Below are positions 38,998 to 48,529 of a DNA stretch of 64,000 nt, one piece after another. The notes under the pieces were generated by a model. The model was given only the letters and a program-made list of their open reading frames with translations. It did no database searches and was not told the DNA's origin. How positions within the stretch are numbered: the stretch's first letter is position 1; every line of letters starts with the position of its first letter. Origin of the DNA: an uncultured Candidatus Saccharibacteria bacterium (GTDB lineage Bacteria; Patescibacteriota; WWE3; UBA101185; 2-01-FULL-41-18); assembly GCA_964636285.1 (NCBI GenBank), contig CAZWQF010000004.1:3666-67665 (forward strand), given 5' to 3'. Both the position numbers and the translations under genes were made by a program.

Positions 38998-39531
38998 ATG
39001 GCTATACAGGATATTGTTAAAGTTCCAAGCTCAGTTTTAACCGCCAAATCAACTAATGCAAAGATAGACGATGAAACAAAAAAGCTAGCGCAAGACTTGA
39101 TTGAAACGGTAGATGCACAAACAAATCCAAAAGGCGCAGGGCTTGCAGCTCCTCAAATAGGAGTTAATAAAAGAGTGTGTGTTGTTAAAAAATTTACGCC
39201 TGACCCTGGCAACCCTGAAAACGAACTTGAAACAAACTTTATCCTCATAAACCCTGAAATTATTAGCGCATCAGAAGCCAAGGGACTTGGCTGGGAAGGG
39301 TGCCTAAGTATTCCTGACACTTATGGAGAGGTATTAAGATCCAAAAGAGTTAAGGTTAGATCGCTTGATTTGAATGGTGGCGAGTTTGTGCTCAAAGCTG
39401 AAGGATTCTTTGCTAGAGTCATACAACACGAGGTTGACCACTTGGATGGAATTCTATTCACATCAAAAGTAGTTGGAAAAACATATACTGAAAAAGAACT
39501 TGATGAGATGGATAGATTGGAGGAAGAATGA
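38998..39531 (+). CDS. def: Peptide deformylase
   Basis: GxGxAAxQ (GAGLAAPQIG), EGCLS and QHEVDHLDG motifs. Confidence 0.9.
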   Translation: MAIQDIVKVPSSVLTAKSTNAKIDDETKKLAQDLIETVDAQTNPKGAGLAAPQIGVNKRVCVVKKFTPDPGNPENELETNFILINPEIISASEAKGLGWEGCLSIPDTYGEVLRSKRVKVRSLDLNGGEFVLKAEGFFARVIQHEVDHLDGILFTSKVVGKTYTEKELDEMDRLEEE

Positions 39532-40466
39532 CAAAAGACAAACCAGTAGAATTTGTATATTTTGGGACTTCAAACCATTCGGTAATATTACTTGAGGAAA
39601 TTAAAAGGTCTCAAAACCTAAAGCTTAGACTTGTTGTCACAAAGCCAGATAAGCCAGTTGGTAGGAAAAAAGAAATTCTCCCCTCCCCTGTTAAAAAATG
39701 GTGTATTGAGAACAATGTTCCCTTTATCACACCTGCAAGCCTTAAAAAAGAGTCAAAAGAGGTTTTAGAAGCCCTAAATAACCATAAGACAAAAGTTGCT
39801 GTAGTTGCCGATTACGGGCTGATGATTCCAAAAGAATTAATAGAATTCTACGAACTTGGGATCATAAATATTCATTTTTCGTTATTGCCAAAATATAGGG
39901 GCGCAACACCTGTTGCCTACTCTCTGTTAAAAGGCGAAAAGGTCACAGGGGTAACCTATTTACTCACAACAGTTGAAATGGATAAAGGAGATATTATAAG
40001 GCAAATTCCTTTTGAAATATCTGAAAGAGAAACTGACGAATCCTTATACAGAAAGCTCTTTGTGCTTGCTGGACAATACCTTGAGTATGTACTCAACAAC
40101 TACTCTAAAGGCTATTCAACGCTAAAAAAACAGCAAGAGGATTTGGCAACTTACTGCACACCTAGCGGAAAATTGGATAGAACTACCCTACTCACAAAAG
40201 ACGACGCAAGAATTGAATTTTCAAAATCTCCTGAAGAAATCGAAAGAGCTGTTCGAGCATTTTATCCTTGGCCAGTAGCCTGGACAACAATGGGAGAGCT
40301 TATAAGCTACCTAAAAGTTAGCCTTAGAAACCTTGATGACATCACATTAAGAGTCAAAATACATGAAAGCCACCTTGAACAAGGCGAACTAATTGTGGAT
40401 AAACTCCAACCTGAAGGTAAAAGGGTGATGACTTTTGACGAATTTAAAAATGGATATTTAGCTTAA
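39528..40466 (+). CDS. fmt: Methionyl-tRNA formyltransferase
   Basis: Formyl-transferase N-domain and SLLPKYRGATP motif; overlaps the def stop (def-fmt operon). Confidence 0.88.
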   Translation: MTKDKPVEFVYFGTSNHSVILLEEIKRSQNLKLRLVVTKPDKPVGRKKEILPSPVKKWCIENNVPFITPASLKKESKEVLEALNNHKTKVAVVADYGLMIPKELIEFYELGIINIHFSLLPKYRGATPVAYSLLKGEKVTGVTYLLTTVEMDKGDIIRQIPFEISERETDESLYRKLFVLAGQYLEYVLNNYSKGYSTLKKQQEDLATYCTPSGKLDRTTLLTKDDARIEFSKSPEEIERAVRAFYPWPVAWTTMGELISYLKVSLRNLDDITLRVKIHESHLEQGELIVDKLQPEGKRVMTFDEFKNGYLA

Positions 40467-40467
40467 A

Positions 40468-40704
40468 TTAAGCTTCTACGGTCTTTGATGCGTCTAGCTC
40501 TGCTGCAGCTACTTCTGCTCTTCCAGCCTTTTTGATAGCGCTAAGGCAGCCTGTGCAAATGCTAAGTTTGGTACTTCTACCATTGATACTTACTTTAACG
40601 GATCTGATATTTGGGTATGATCTTTTAATAGACTTTTTGTTTGAGAAACAAACAATATTGCCTTTTTGATAACCTTTTCCGCACATTTCACAAACTTTTG
40701 CCAT
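40468..40704 (-). CDS. rpmB: 50S ribosomal protein L28
   Basis: MAKVCEMCGKGYQKGN...CTGCL zinc-ribbon L28. Confidence 0.85.
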   Translation of the reverse strand: MAKVCEMCGKGYQKGNIVCFSNKKSIKRSYPNIRSVKVSINGRSTKLSICTGCLSAIKKAGRAEVAAAELDASKTVEA

Positions 40705-40822
40705 AACGAAGACAATTTAACCACGAGTCAAAAAAATACGCAAGCACGGAGAAAAATCCCCAGCCCGCTTTTTTGAATCAGAAGCGGGATGGGGACGGCA
40801 CTGCCAGAATAAAGCTCATTGC

Positions 40823-41152
40823 TCAGGCAAAACCTACATCAAACTTATCCAGACCCACGTACTCATCACCTGCTATCCGGACCTGAGAATAGGTCCCATC
40901 AGGCATTTTACATGGGTTTGAGGTAATGAAGCTGTCCGCAACCTTGGTGATTGGTACAAGAGAAAATGCCCCTTTGGCCTTCTCAGCAGGTGTTTGCACA
41001 ACTACATAGGAACCCTTACCACCATGTGCTCTGGGAAGCTTTGCAGGTGCAAAGAATAGCAAACCCATTCTTTTTGCCTGTGCCAGAGTTACGGTACTGG
41101 AAGCAGTAACTGGCTCTATATACAGACTGATTCCTGTTCGGTTTTTTGTCAT
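40823..41152 (-). CDS. Small hypothetical protein, paralog 1 (109 aa) in GC-rich islet
   Basis: SD GAAAGAGGG; shares VTLAQAKRMGLLFFAP / VTLQFAQKAGFTFFKP with the neighbour. Confidence 0.5.
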   Translation of the reverse strand: MTKNRTGISLYIEPVTASSTVTLAQAKRMGLLFFAPAKLPRAHGGKGSYVVVQTPAEKAKGAFSLVPITKVADSFITSNPCKMPDGTYSQVRIAGDEYVGLDKFDVGFA

Positions 41153-41287
41153 GCCCTCTTTCTCTCTTTCATTAGTAGTGTTAAAAAATGTATAGCACAG
41201 GAATAAAGTTTTGTGAATTTAAATAACAAAGTGCCCCCATTTTCAGTCGAAAACAGGGGCACCGTCAGTGTTTGATCAAGCCTGGCT

Positions 41288-41593
41288 CTACTTCAAGGTG
41301 GGCAGAGCAGCAAGCTCAGCTTCACTGAATCGAACATTATATTGGTAGCCGTTCGGAAACCGAATGGAGCGTTCCGTAAACCTAGTGGGTTCTTCCCATC
41401 CGTACTTCTTGAGCAAGCCAATAGCGGACGGGAGACTGCCCAGAAAACCCGGAGATGTATACGCAAGAGTATCTGGAATCGCCTCCTTTGCCATGCCACT
41501 TGGCTTGAAAAACGTGAACCCGGCCTTCTGTGCAAACTGCAATGTGACCTCTCCTGGTTGCCCGGATTCAATGGTGCTTGCCGTTTTTTTCAT
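41288..41593 (-). CDS. Small hypothetical protein, paralog 2 (about 101 aa; start at the SD-preceded ATG)
   Basis: SD AACAGGAGGAAGC before ATG at 41593; G8 homopolymer in the leader. Confidence 0.5.
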   Translation of the reverse strand: MKKTASTIESGQPGEVTLQFAQKAGFTFFKPSGMAKEAIPDTLAYTSPGFLGSLPSAIGLLKKYGWEEPTRFTERSIRFPNGYQYNVRFSEAELAALPTLK

Positions 41594-41712
41594 GCTTCCT
41601 CCTGTTTGAAGCTTATGAATGGGGGGGGTTGGTTTTGTGTATGGTTTATAACACAAATATTGATTGTAATAAAACCTACAAGGGTTGGAACCAGAATGGT
41701 AAACGTTAGAAA

Positions 41713-43029
41713 TTAAATGTGGTCGAATCCGTGTTTTTGAAGTAGCTCCTCAGAAATACCGTTTTCCTTGCAAATCTGAGCAAAAGCGTGAGCACTAGGC
41801 CTTACATTTCTTTGAAGATTGTTGTTCCTATCAACCTCTACAAGCCCAAACTTCCATTTGTACCCTTCGGCCCACTCAAAGTTGTCAAGAAGTGACCAGT
41901 GCATATATCCCCTAACGTCGCAACCTTCCTGAATTGCTTTGTTAAGCCACGCCAGATGCCCCACAATGAACTTTTCGCGCTTACTGTCGTCTGCATTGGC
42001 AAGGCCGTTTTCGGTAATATAAATGGGCTTTTTATAGCGATTGCTAATGTCTTTGACCACGTTATATAAACCCTTTGGATATATAAGCCAACCCCAGTCA
42101 CTTGTGTCATTTTCTCTTTGGCCAAAGTTTCCGAATGCAAGTTGCGAAAACCTCTCAAAAAACTTTGCAACTCCAAACCATTCGTGAAAATAATAATTGA
42201 TGCCAATAAAATCAGTATGATTTTTAAGAGCATCAAGAAAGACTTTATATTGATACAGCCTTCTTAACTCACAAATTGCTTTGTCAAAGATACTTTTACT
42301 TGTAGGTTCAATATCCATCAAGTTCTCTACAACACCAACCTGTGCATTTGGATTTATCTCTTTTATGGCTTTGTAGGCGGCCTTATGCATTCTAACCATT
42401 CCAAGCCAGCTATCAATAAAATAAAAATAGTTTGAATTAATGTTTGGAACCCACCATTTGAGGACGTGTCTTAACGTGGCGTAAACAATAGGCTCATTTA
42501 AAGTGACATAGTAATCAATATCTTGGCCAAGTGTCTCAACAATAAGCTTTGAGTATCGTGCAAAAAAGTATGGTGTGTGGATATTTCCAATTCCTTTCTC
42601 CCCTCTTAGCCAGTTTGGAAGCGTAAAATGCCATAGAGTAACAAATGTAACCATTCCATTGTTTTTAACTGATTGTAGGACTTTTCTGTAGTGCTCAATC
42701 TCATCAAGATTGAATTTTCCTTCTTCAGGTTCGATTCGGGCCCATTCGATTGAAAGTCTGTGAGTGTTGTTATTTAAGGCTTTTGCAATTTTGAAGTCCT
42801 CTTCATATCTGTTATACGAATCGCAAGCGATTCCAGATGCTTCCTTAGGGCCATTCTCTTTTCCGGCAAATTCCTGTTCCCAAGCCCACCAGTCCGAATT
42901 GATATTGTTACCTTCTACTTGGTGTGCAGATGTAGCAGTCCCCCATAAAAAGTTGTCAGGAAATTTTAGGCTGGTGTTTTGGTTTGGGCTTTCATTCACG
43001 AATATAGGATAACATAAGGTCCGAACCAA
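41713..43029 (-). CDS. Glycoside hydrolase family 1 beta-glucosidase
   Basis: GH1 catalytic motifs TLNEP (acid/base) and YITENG (nucleophile), NINSDWWAWEQ region. Confidence 0.88.
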   Translation of the reverse strand: MVRTLCYPIFVNESPNQNTSLKFPDNFLWGTATSAHQVEGNNINSDWWAWEQEFAGKENGPKEASGIACDSYNRYEEDFKIAKALNNNTHRLSIEWARIEPEEGKFNLDEIEHYRKVLQSVKNNGMVTFVTLWHFTLPNWLRGEKGIGNIHTPYFFARYSKLIVETLGQDIDYYVTLNEPIVYATLRHVLKWWVPNINSNYFYFIDSWLGMVRMHKAAYKAIKEINPNAQVGVVENLMDIEPTSKSIFDKAICELRRLYQYKVFLDALKNHTDFIGINYYFHEWFGVAKFFERFSQLAFGNFGQRENDTSDWGWLIYPKGLYNVVKDISNRYKKPIYITENGLANADDSKREKFIVGHLAWLNKAIQEGCDVRGYMHWSLLDNFEWAEGYKWKFGLVEVDRNNNLQRNVRPSAHAFAQICKENGISEELLQKHGFDHI

Positions 43030-43035
43030 TTAACA

Positions 43036-43151
43036 GCCCGGGAGACTAAAACCCGCACCACTACTAAATTATCAATTTCTGGTTCTGCTCTGCGGGTTTT
43101 CATTACCCGCCCCCCCCCACCTTATGCCTATTGGGTTTTAGTCTCCCGGAC
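43036..43151. repeat. Composite dispersed-repeat locus: type A left arm (43036-43054) ... type B right arm (43092-43111) + C9 tract ... type A right arm (43133-43151)
   Basis: Exact matches to the arms at 13283/13314 and 32620; nested arrangement in the GH1 to tRNA-Thr spacer. Confidence 0.75.
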
Positions 43152-43225
43152 AGAAATTCTTAATTCCATTTATATTTGCAGTTTGCTAGAATAACGCAGG
43201 AACTTTAGAAACATTGAAAACATTG

Positions 43226-43301
43226 GCCCAGATAGCTCAGATGGTAGAGCACATCCATGGTAAGGATGGGGTCCCGAGTTCGATTCTCGGTCTGGGCTCC
43301 A
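43226..43301 (+). tRNA. tRNA-Thr (anticodon GGT), CCA encoded
   Basis: Cloverleaf folds by hand: acceptor GCCCAGA/TCTGGGC, D-arm GCTC/GAGC, anticodon stem CATCC/GGATG with loop ATGGTAA, T-arm CCGAG-TTCGATT-CTCGG. Confidence 0.85.
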
Positions 43302-43306
43302 GAACA

Positions 43307-44020
43307 ATGGCTAAAACTAAGCTTTTCATTTTTGACCTTGATGACACTTTAATTGCAACAAACTCTATTTTTAAACGAAAAATGCACGAGGCATCTTCCC
43401 TACTTTCGACCAAACTGAACGAGCCAGAATCTTCAATTTTTTCTCAAATCGAACAAGGACTCTCAAATGCAAGGCCAACTCAAAAGGTCAATCCAATAAA
43501 ACTTTGGGCACATGCACTTGATTCGCTCCAAAATTCGTTTCCAAAAATTTCTTTTGACGATAGAAAGCGAATGGAAAACCTCCTCTTTCAGATCTATAAA
43601 GAGGTGCCAGATGTGTTTGAAGGGGCGTTTGAACTCCTCCAAAAGATCAAAGAGGAAAAAATACAAACGGCCATTTTATCGCACGCAGAAACCGAATGGA
43701 CACACTTTAAGCTCAAATCTACTGGTCTTTCTAAATACTTTGATTCAGTTCACACAGCTAATGTGGACCAAGAAAAGACAAGTGCTAATTGGCAAAGTGT
43801 TGTTGATAACTCGGGATTTTCCAATAATGAATGTGCAGTAATTGGAGACAACATTACAGGAGACATCATCTCTGCCAGCAAAATAGGGATTAAAAAACTA
43901 GTTTGGTTTGATAATAAAGATAATTGGAGCGTGCACAGACATGGAGATTTGCCTGAGGGGACAATAATTGTAAAGGATTTGAAAGAAGTTACTTCCCTCC
44001 TTGATTGTGGACAATTATGA
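43307..44020 (+). CDS. HAD-superfamily hydrolase
   Basis: Motif I FDLDDTL at the N-terminus, C-terminal GD motif; start placed after the tRNA (the ORF-track start overlaps the tRNA). Confidence 0.75.
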   Translation: MAKTKLFIFDLDDTLIATNSIFKRKMHEASSLLSTKLNEPESSIFSQIEQGLSNARPTQKVNPIKLWAHALDSLQNSFPKISFDDRKRMENLLFQIYKEVPDVFEGAFELLQKIKEEKIQTAILSHAETEWTHFKLKSTGLSKYFDSVHTANVDQEKTSANWQSVVDNSGFSNNECAVIGDNITGDIISASKIGIKKLVWFDNKDNWSVHRHGDLPEGTIIVKDLKEVTSLLDCGQL

Positions 44021-44069
44021 TATGTTATAGAATCTTAGTCGCGCACAGCACAAAGTGCGTTGATGTTGT

Positions 44070-44154
44070 GCCAGGTTCGGATAGTGGCAATTCCAAGTGA
44101 CTGTAAATCACTTGCCTTCGGGCTTCGCTGGTTCGAGTCCAGCACCTGGCACCA
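44070..44154 (+). tRNA. tRNA-Tyr (anticodon GTA), long variable arm, CCA encoded
   Basis: Acceptor GCCAGGT/ACCTGGC, anticodon stem AGTGA/TCACT with loop CTGTAAA, variable hairpin GCCTTCGGGC, T-arm GCTGG-TTCGAGT-CCAGC. Confidence 0.85.
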
Positions 44155-44244
44155 AAAATCAAATAATTGTAATTCTCATTTTGACATTCACATTGTTTCA
44201 CTATAGGATATGGCAACCACCATCGATCGAGTAAAGGAGAGGAC

Positions 44245-44538
44245 ATGAATACTCATAGAAACCCACCAAGTGGGCTAGGGTTAATAGCCCTGGCAAGTGG
44301 CTCTTCATTCAGCTTCATTGTATGCGGGCTAATGGAAGCTCTCGGCAAATCAGGCACGCCTCTTGCAATAGGAATCCAACTTCTGTTGCTAGGAATTAGT
44401 GTGGTTCTGATTTGGGCTGTAACCAAGCTCAAGCTTGAAGGTACATTCAGAGCAGCGCTTGCGCTGGGAACGCTGATTGCTGCTCTGATCGGACTGGCTG
44501 TACAGTTGCTTTTGCTAAACATGGCACTTGCTATGTAA
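44245..44538 (+). CDS. Small membrane protein (97 aa)
   Basis: SD AAGGAGAGG upstream; 3 hydrophobic segments; downstream hairpin CCCCGGTTT...AAACCGGGG. Confidence 0.5.
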   Translation: MNTHRNPPSGLGLIALASGSSFSFIVCGLMEALGKSGTPLAIGIQLLLLGISVVLIWAVTKLKLEGTFRAALALGTLIAALIGLAVQLLLLNMALAM

Positions 44539-44879
44539 ACAGCAGTCGCCACAGTATCCCCGGTTTAAAACTGCGCCACCAAATTGTGCAAGCATTTCAA
44601 ACCGGGGAAACTCTTTTGACCCTGTTTGAATTTGAAAATAAGATACAAAAACCATTTAAGGAGAACAGCATGAATCCACTCACACACAAAAACAAGTTAA
44701 AACTTGTTGCTTTTTGGTTGGCGCCGCTATTGGCATGTGGTGGATGACTTCCAAGATCACATGGAGCTTGCCCTCAAATCAGATTAATATAACAGCGGGA
44801 AACGCACTCTACATTGGGTGCTGCGTAGTTACCTCTGTACAAATTTGAATTATTTTTGATACACTTGCGAATGGAATTT

Positions 44880-44953
44880 GCCCCTATAGCTTAGTGATAA
44901 AGCAGCGGTTTTGTAAACCGCGGACAGTAGTTTGATTCTACTTGGGGGCTCCA
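44880..44953 (+). tRNA. tRNA-Thr (anticodon TGT), CCA encoded
   Basis: Acceptor GCCCCTA/TGGGGGC (one G-U), D-arm GCTT/AAGC, anticodon stem GCGGT/ACCGC with loop TTTGTAA, T-loop TTTGATT. Confidence 0.85.
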
Positions 44954-45584
44954 AGAAAAAACAAGAAATTTAAAAGCAAAAAGGAATTCGACAAAGACCC
45001 ATGCACCCGCCAAATAAGGCGGTTTTTGTTACCCAATAAGCAAAATGTATTAATAGACCTATAGTTTACAAATTGAGTATACTAAAGTATAATCCGTACC
45101 ACAAAGGAATTCCTCCTTTATCCCTTAACTAATTAGAGTTATGGGTTATCACATTGCCGAGATGGCAATTGAAAGGATGGACGAGATGTCCACGTATCGT
45201 AAAGTTTTGAAGAGCGAAGGTGGTCATTGACCAATTGGATCAACAAAGGTGTTGAAAATGGATTGATCACGCAAACAGAGGCTCTACAGTTCAAGGGCGA
45301 CTTGGCCAAGTACGTGTAGAGGTCCTCTAAACCACAGGTCAATTCTCCCCGCCTGTTCCCCGCCCATAGACACGGTTCATCGCTATACGCGCTGAAGCCA
45401 AGCCAAACCCCAAAAGGATTTGGTCCGTGTCTCCCCTAAGTAAATCAAAAAATTTGGTTTGTTTAGGAGAAGAAACGACCTAGAAATAGGTCGTTTTTTG
45501 TGCTCTCCCCGCTCCCCCTTCGATTTTCAAATATTTGTCTTTAGAGTTAAAATCTCCCTCAACAATCAAAAGAAAGGCGTGCGA

Positions 45585-46178
45585 ATGGCAAAAACATTCG
45601 GGATCTTGGGTACATCGCTCTTTGCGCTCTGCATGACCGTTATTGCAGGTGTGGCATTTTTCAAAGAGTGGATGTTTGAACACCCAGATTTGACGTTCAC
45701 AATGGTCACTACGTGTCTCACACTCTCGATTGTGGGCATGGCGATGATGTTTGGTGGATTCCATCTTCATAACAGGACTTCCAAAAAACCCTTCGCCCCA
45801 AACGAGAAGCTCATGAAGGAAGCATTCCAGAGATGGAATGAAATCCTTGTTGAGAGTGGGTTCTTTGTACTTGAATCGAATCAGGGCAAAGGGCCAAACG
45901 GTGACTACAACGCGTACTTTAGGTACGTGGTAGGAAGAGAACCCTTTCATGTAACCCTGACGGTTGGCTCAGTACTGGCAAACGGTTACTATGCAAGGAA
46001 CGTGGCGCTAAGCCCTGCACTAACACAGCTGATCAAGGAGATGAAGCGTTTCAATTTTTACGATGAACAAATTGCCATCGTGAAAGTTGGTGACAGAATG
46101 GTCCGCATGTACGACTTTTTTGTGGATCGGTTTGTGACAGGTTTCACGGTGGTTGTTCGATTTCAGATTGGAAATTAA
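45585..46178 (+). CDS. Island cassette protein A: N-terminal 2-TM anchor + C-terminal domain of about 120 aa (198 aa)
   Basis: SD AAAGAAAGG before ATG; two hydrophobic helices; hairpin terminator after the stop. Confidence 0.55.
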   Translation: MAKTFGILGTSLFALCMTVIAGVAFFKEWMFEHPDLTFTMVTTCLTLSIVGMAMMFGGFHLHNRTSKKPFAPNEKLMKEAFQRWNEILVESGFFVLESNQGKGPNGDYNAYFRYVVGREPFHVTLTVGSVLANGYYARNVALSPALTQLIKEMKRFNFYDEQIAIVKVGDRMVRMYDFFVDRFVTGFTVVVRFQIGN

Positions 46179-46321
46179 GCCCATAATCCCCCCCCCGCTT
46201 GAGAGTGTGCATTTGCCAGAAGCCTTAAGATAATGTCATAGGCAAAGCAAGTGCACACTTTTTCATAAATTGATATAAAATATTTCACACCAAAAGAAAG
46301 CATTCAAAAGAGAGGTAACAA

Positions 46322-46519
46322 ATGAACGCAAGATCTTTGTTGAAGGTTGCTGGAACCTTGAGCATGCTGCTTGGGGTAATAGGCTTTTGCATTGTTCTGT
46401 GGGTGTCATCAAAATCTGGCGTGGGTCCAGGGGCAGCTCTGGAACTAGTCGTTTGCATTGTGATGGTTGGGGTTGGCTACGTTGCATTCACAGAAGATAC
46501 CGAGGTCAGGCGTAATTAG
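46322..46519 (+). CDS. Island small 2-TM protein B (65 aa)
   Basis: SD AAGAGAGG before ATG; two hydrophobic helices. Confidence 0.45.
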   Translation: MNARSLLKVAGTLSMLLGVIGFCIVLWVSSKSGVGPGAALELVVCIVMVGVGYVAFTEDTEVRRN

Positions 46520-46738
46520 TCTTGAGCTAGCGCTTGTCCTGACAACATCTGCTCATCAACTACGGGGAAGGCCAAAAGCCTTGGGCGTAAGCCTGACAGC
46601 CCAGATTCGCAAAATAAATCTAGGCTGTCCCCCTCTCTCACTTTTCCCCAAAGCACTTTGTATTTGACTACCACTATTTAACTTATTGCTATAAAATACC
46701 CGCAACAAATAAACCTAAAAACCTTAAGTGGAGGTGTC
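46520..46738 (+). promoter_or_regulatory. Island intergenic module copy 1 (GGGGAAGGCCAAAAGCCTTGGGC, hairpin GACAGCCCAGATT...AATCTAGGCTGTC, GTCCCCC, TTGACT...TGCTATAAAAT promoter-like box)
   Basis: Shares its 5-prime half with the copies at 47745, 49007, 51326 and 51967. Confidence 0.5.
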
Positions 46739-46984
46739 ATGCGAACCGGATACCATAGAGGTACTTTTCACCTTAAGTATGGGTGGTCAGAAGAGCTAGG
46801 CAGAACATTTATTGAGGTCCACGATCACGTACCGCCATCTGAGGTACTGATTCTGGCACTCCAGCTTGGGATAGCTCAATACCCAGATGACCCAGACGAT
46901 CCGATTTTGGCTGTGAAGCTGCCAAAAAAGGAAAAGCCGGAACTTATCAGATTCTCAGCTCTAAAGAAACGACTGAGGATCTAG
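46739..46984 (+). CDS. Island small soluble protein C (81 aa), family 4
   Basis: SD GGAGGTG; C-terminal ILAVKLPKKEKPELIRFSALKKRL matches LLFVQLPGSDKPEFLSAAQIRDRM of 51110..51325. Confidence 0.5.
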   Translation: MRTGYHRGTFHLKYGWSEELGRTFIEVHDHVPPSEVLILALQLGIAQYPDDPDDPILAVKLPKKEKPELIRFSALKKRLRI

Positions 46985-47144
46985 GGAGGTACTGAATGCG
47001 CAAAAAGTCCATGGCATAGCGTATGGTTGGAATGACGAATGGAAAGCCTTAATCCAACAGCTTAACCAGCTATCTGGAGTTGAGGTGGTACACTATGTCC
47101 CATCAAACGAGCCCAACAAGGCTTAGTAAAAAGGAAAAAGGCAG

Positions 47145-47744
47145 ATGGACACCAAATTGTGGAACCGACTTCTAGGCGTCTTTGGCGTTTTGTTTGGGGT
47201 TGTTATTCTGATCACAACGCTTCAGCTCACTGAGACAATAGGCGTTGGAGCAGTGTGGGTTCTGATGCTCTTGCTTGGGGTGGCTTGCGTATGGATGGGC
47301 ATCACTGGACTTAGATACAAACCCAAGGTGCTTGTGGAACCGAGTGACAAAGTCCAAGCACTTCATAGGCTTGGAGTTGCACGGATCAAAAGCGCAGGAG
47401 TGGGAGCGAATGTGCTTGGAGATAGGACAAGGTGGTGGTTTGGCCAAATCCTTACCCCAGTCCATTTTCAAGTTCACGGGCGCAATTTGACCCTCACTCT
47501 CTCGGCTGGCCCCAATGCACTTGGAGAGCACAGGGTTTTTGATAACACTGAAGCACTTCCTGCCGATGTTGTGAGTGCCGCCAATCAACTGAGACACGTG
47601 TTCCCAAACCCCAAGTTCATTGTGGAGAGGTCAGGACAAAGGCTCAGACTGAAGGTAATACTCCACTCCGATCAAGAATGCATGCTCTATCTAGAGGATG
47701 AATTCTTCCACGAACAGTATGGGGCAAACTTCTCGCTGTTCTAG
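47145..47744 (+). CDS. Island 2-TM membrane protein D (199 aa), family 1 (LGEH ... RLKVILHSD ... MLYLED domain)
   Basis: SD AAAAGGAAAAAGG; two N-terminal TM helices; C-domain alignable to 50488..51096. Confidence 0.55.
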   Translation: MDTKLWNRLLGVFGVLFGVVILITTLQLTETIGVGAVWVLMLLLGVACVWMGITGLRYKPKVLVEPSDKVQALHRLGVARIKSAGVGANVLGDRTRWWFGQILTPVHFQVHGRNLTLTLSAGPNALGEHRVFDNTEALPADVVSAANQLRHVFPNPKFIVERSGQRLRLKVILHSDQECMLYLEDEFFHEQYGANFSLF

Positions 47745-47947
47745 ACCCCAAACTTAGCACCCAGACTGCGCCGTAAACAAATTGTGGGAGGATAGAAATA
47801 TCTTGAGCATAAGCTCGGCAACCCAGATTCATAAAAAAAATCTAGGCTGTCCCCCACTACTACCTTCTAAATGATTTTGTTCATTTTCATTTTCTTATTT
47901 TTAGAATTACAATCCGTATTAACAAGACCTAGTTTGTGGAGGAAACC
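47745..47947 (+). promoter_or_regulatory. Island intergenic module copy 2 (hairpin CAACCCAGATTC...AATCTAGGCTGTCCCCC, then TTTTCATTTTCTTATTTTTAGAATTACAATCCGTATTAACAA leader)
   Basis: Conserved with the modules at 49007, 51326 and 51967; TACAAT -10-like element. Confidence 0.5.
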
Positions 47948-48523
47948 ATGAAACGACTATTTGGTGTGTGTGAATTTCTGTTGGGGTTAGGAATCGTCAT
48001 CTATCTGATCCTGTTACCAAACAGGGAAAGCATAGACCCTCTACTCCAAGTCTTCACTCTTGTAGTAGGAATGACACTCGTTGTAGTAGGTTCAATCTAC
48101 CTCTTCATCCCTGAGTCAAACAACCCGCTCAGACAGCATGAGCTAAGCATCCAGAACCTGATTGCAACAGGCCTTTACAAGTTTGTGGATCAGTCTGTGC
48201 AAGATAGGGATGGGAATTGGCACAGCCTCGTCCAATTCAACAGTGGATTAACGAGCCTTCTTGGAGCAGTAGCAACCAAAAAGCAACAGCTGCGCAGACG
48301 ATTAATACAGGGAAATATCAGCCTGCTTCCAAGCGACATGCTTGCCATCGCGGAGCAAACATCAAAGCATTGGCCAGCATGGATTTCCATGGAAAAAGGA
48401 ACCTGGGGAAATGTCTACTACCTGGAGTTTGTGATCGCAAAAGGCAAGCTCTGGGAAACAGTACTTGTGTTCCCCATCAGGGGTGCGGACTACAGCGCAC
48501 TGCTTAAGCACATCGAAGGATGA
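47948..48523 (+). CDS. Island 2-TM membrane protein E (191 aa), family 2 (YLILLP N-terminus)
   Basis: SD GGAGGAAACC before ATG at 47948; paralog of 49202..49849. Confidence 0.55.
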   Translation: MKRLFGVCEFLLGLGIVIYLILLPNRESIDPLLQVFTLVVGMTLVVVGSIYLFIPESNNPLRQHELSIQNLIATGLYKFVDQSVQDRDGNWHSLVQFNSGLTSLLGAVATKKQQLRRRLIQGNISLLPSDMLAIAEQTSKHWPAWISMEKGTWGNVYYLEFVIAKGKLWETVLVFPIRGADYSALLKHIEG

Positions 48524-48529
48524 CGCCTA

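Noticed and set aside
43214-43306. ORF-track start of the HAD hydrolase at 43214
   Set aside because: That extension overlaps tRNA-Thr(GGT) 43226-43301. The in-frame ATG at 43307 followed by the FDLDDTL motif is the plausible start.
44025-44246. 73-aa minus-strand ORF
   Set aside because: It overlaps tRNA-Tyr (44070-44154) on the opposite strand; spurious.
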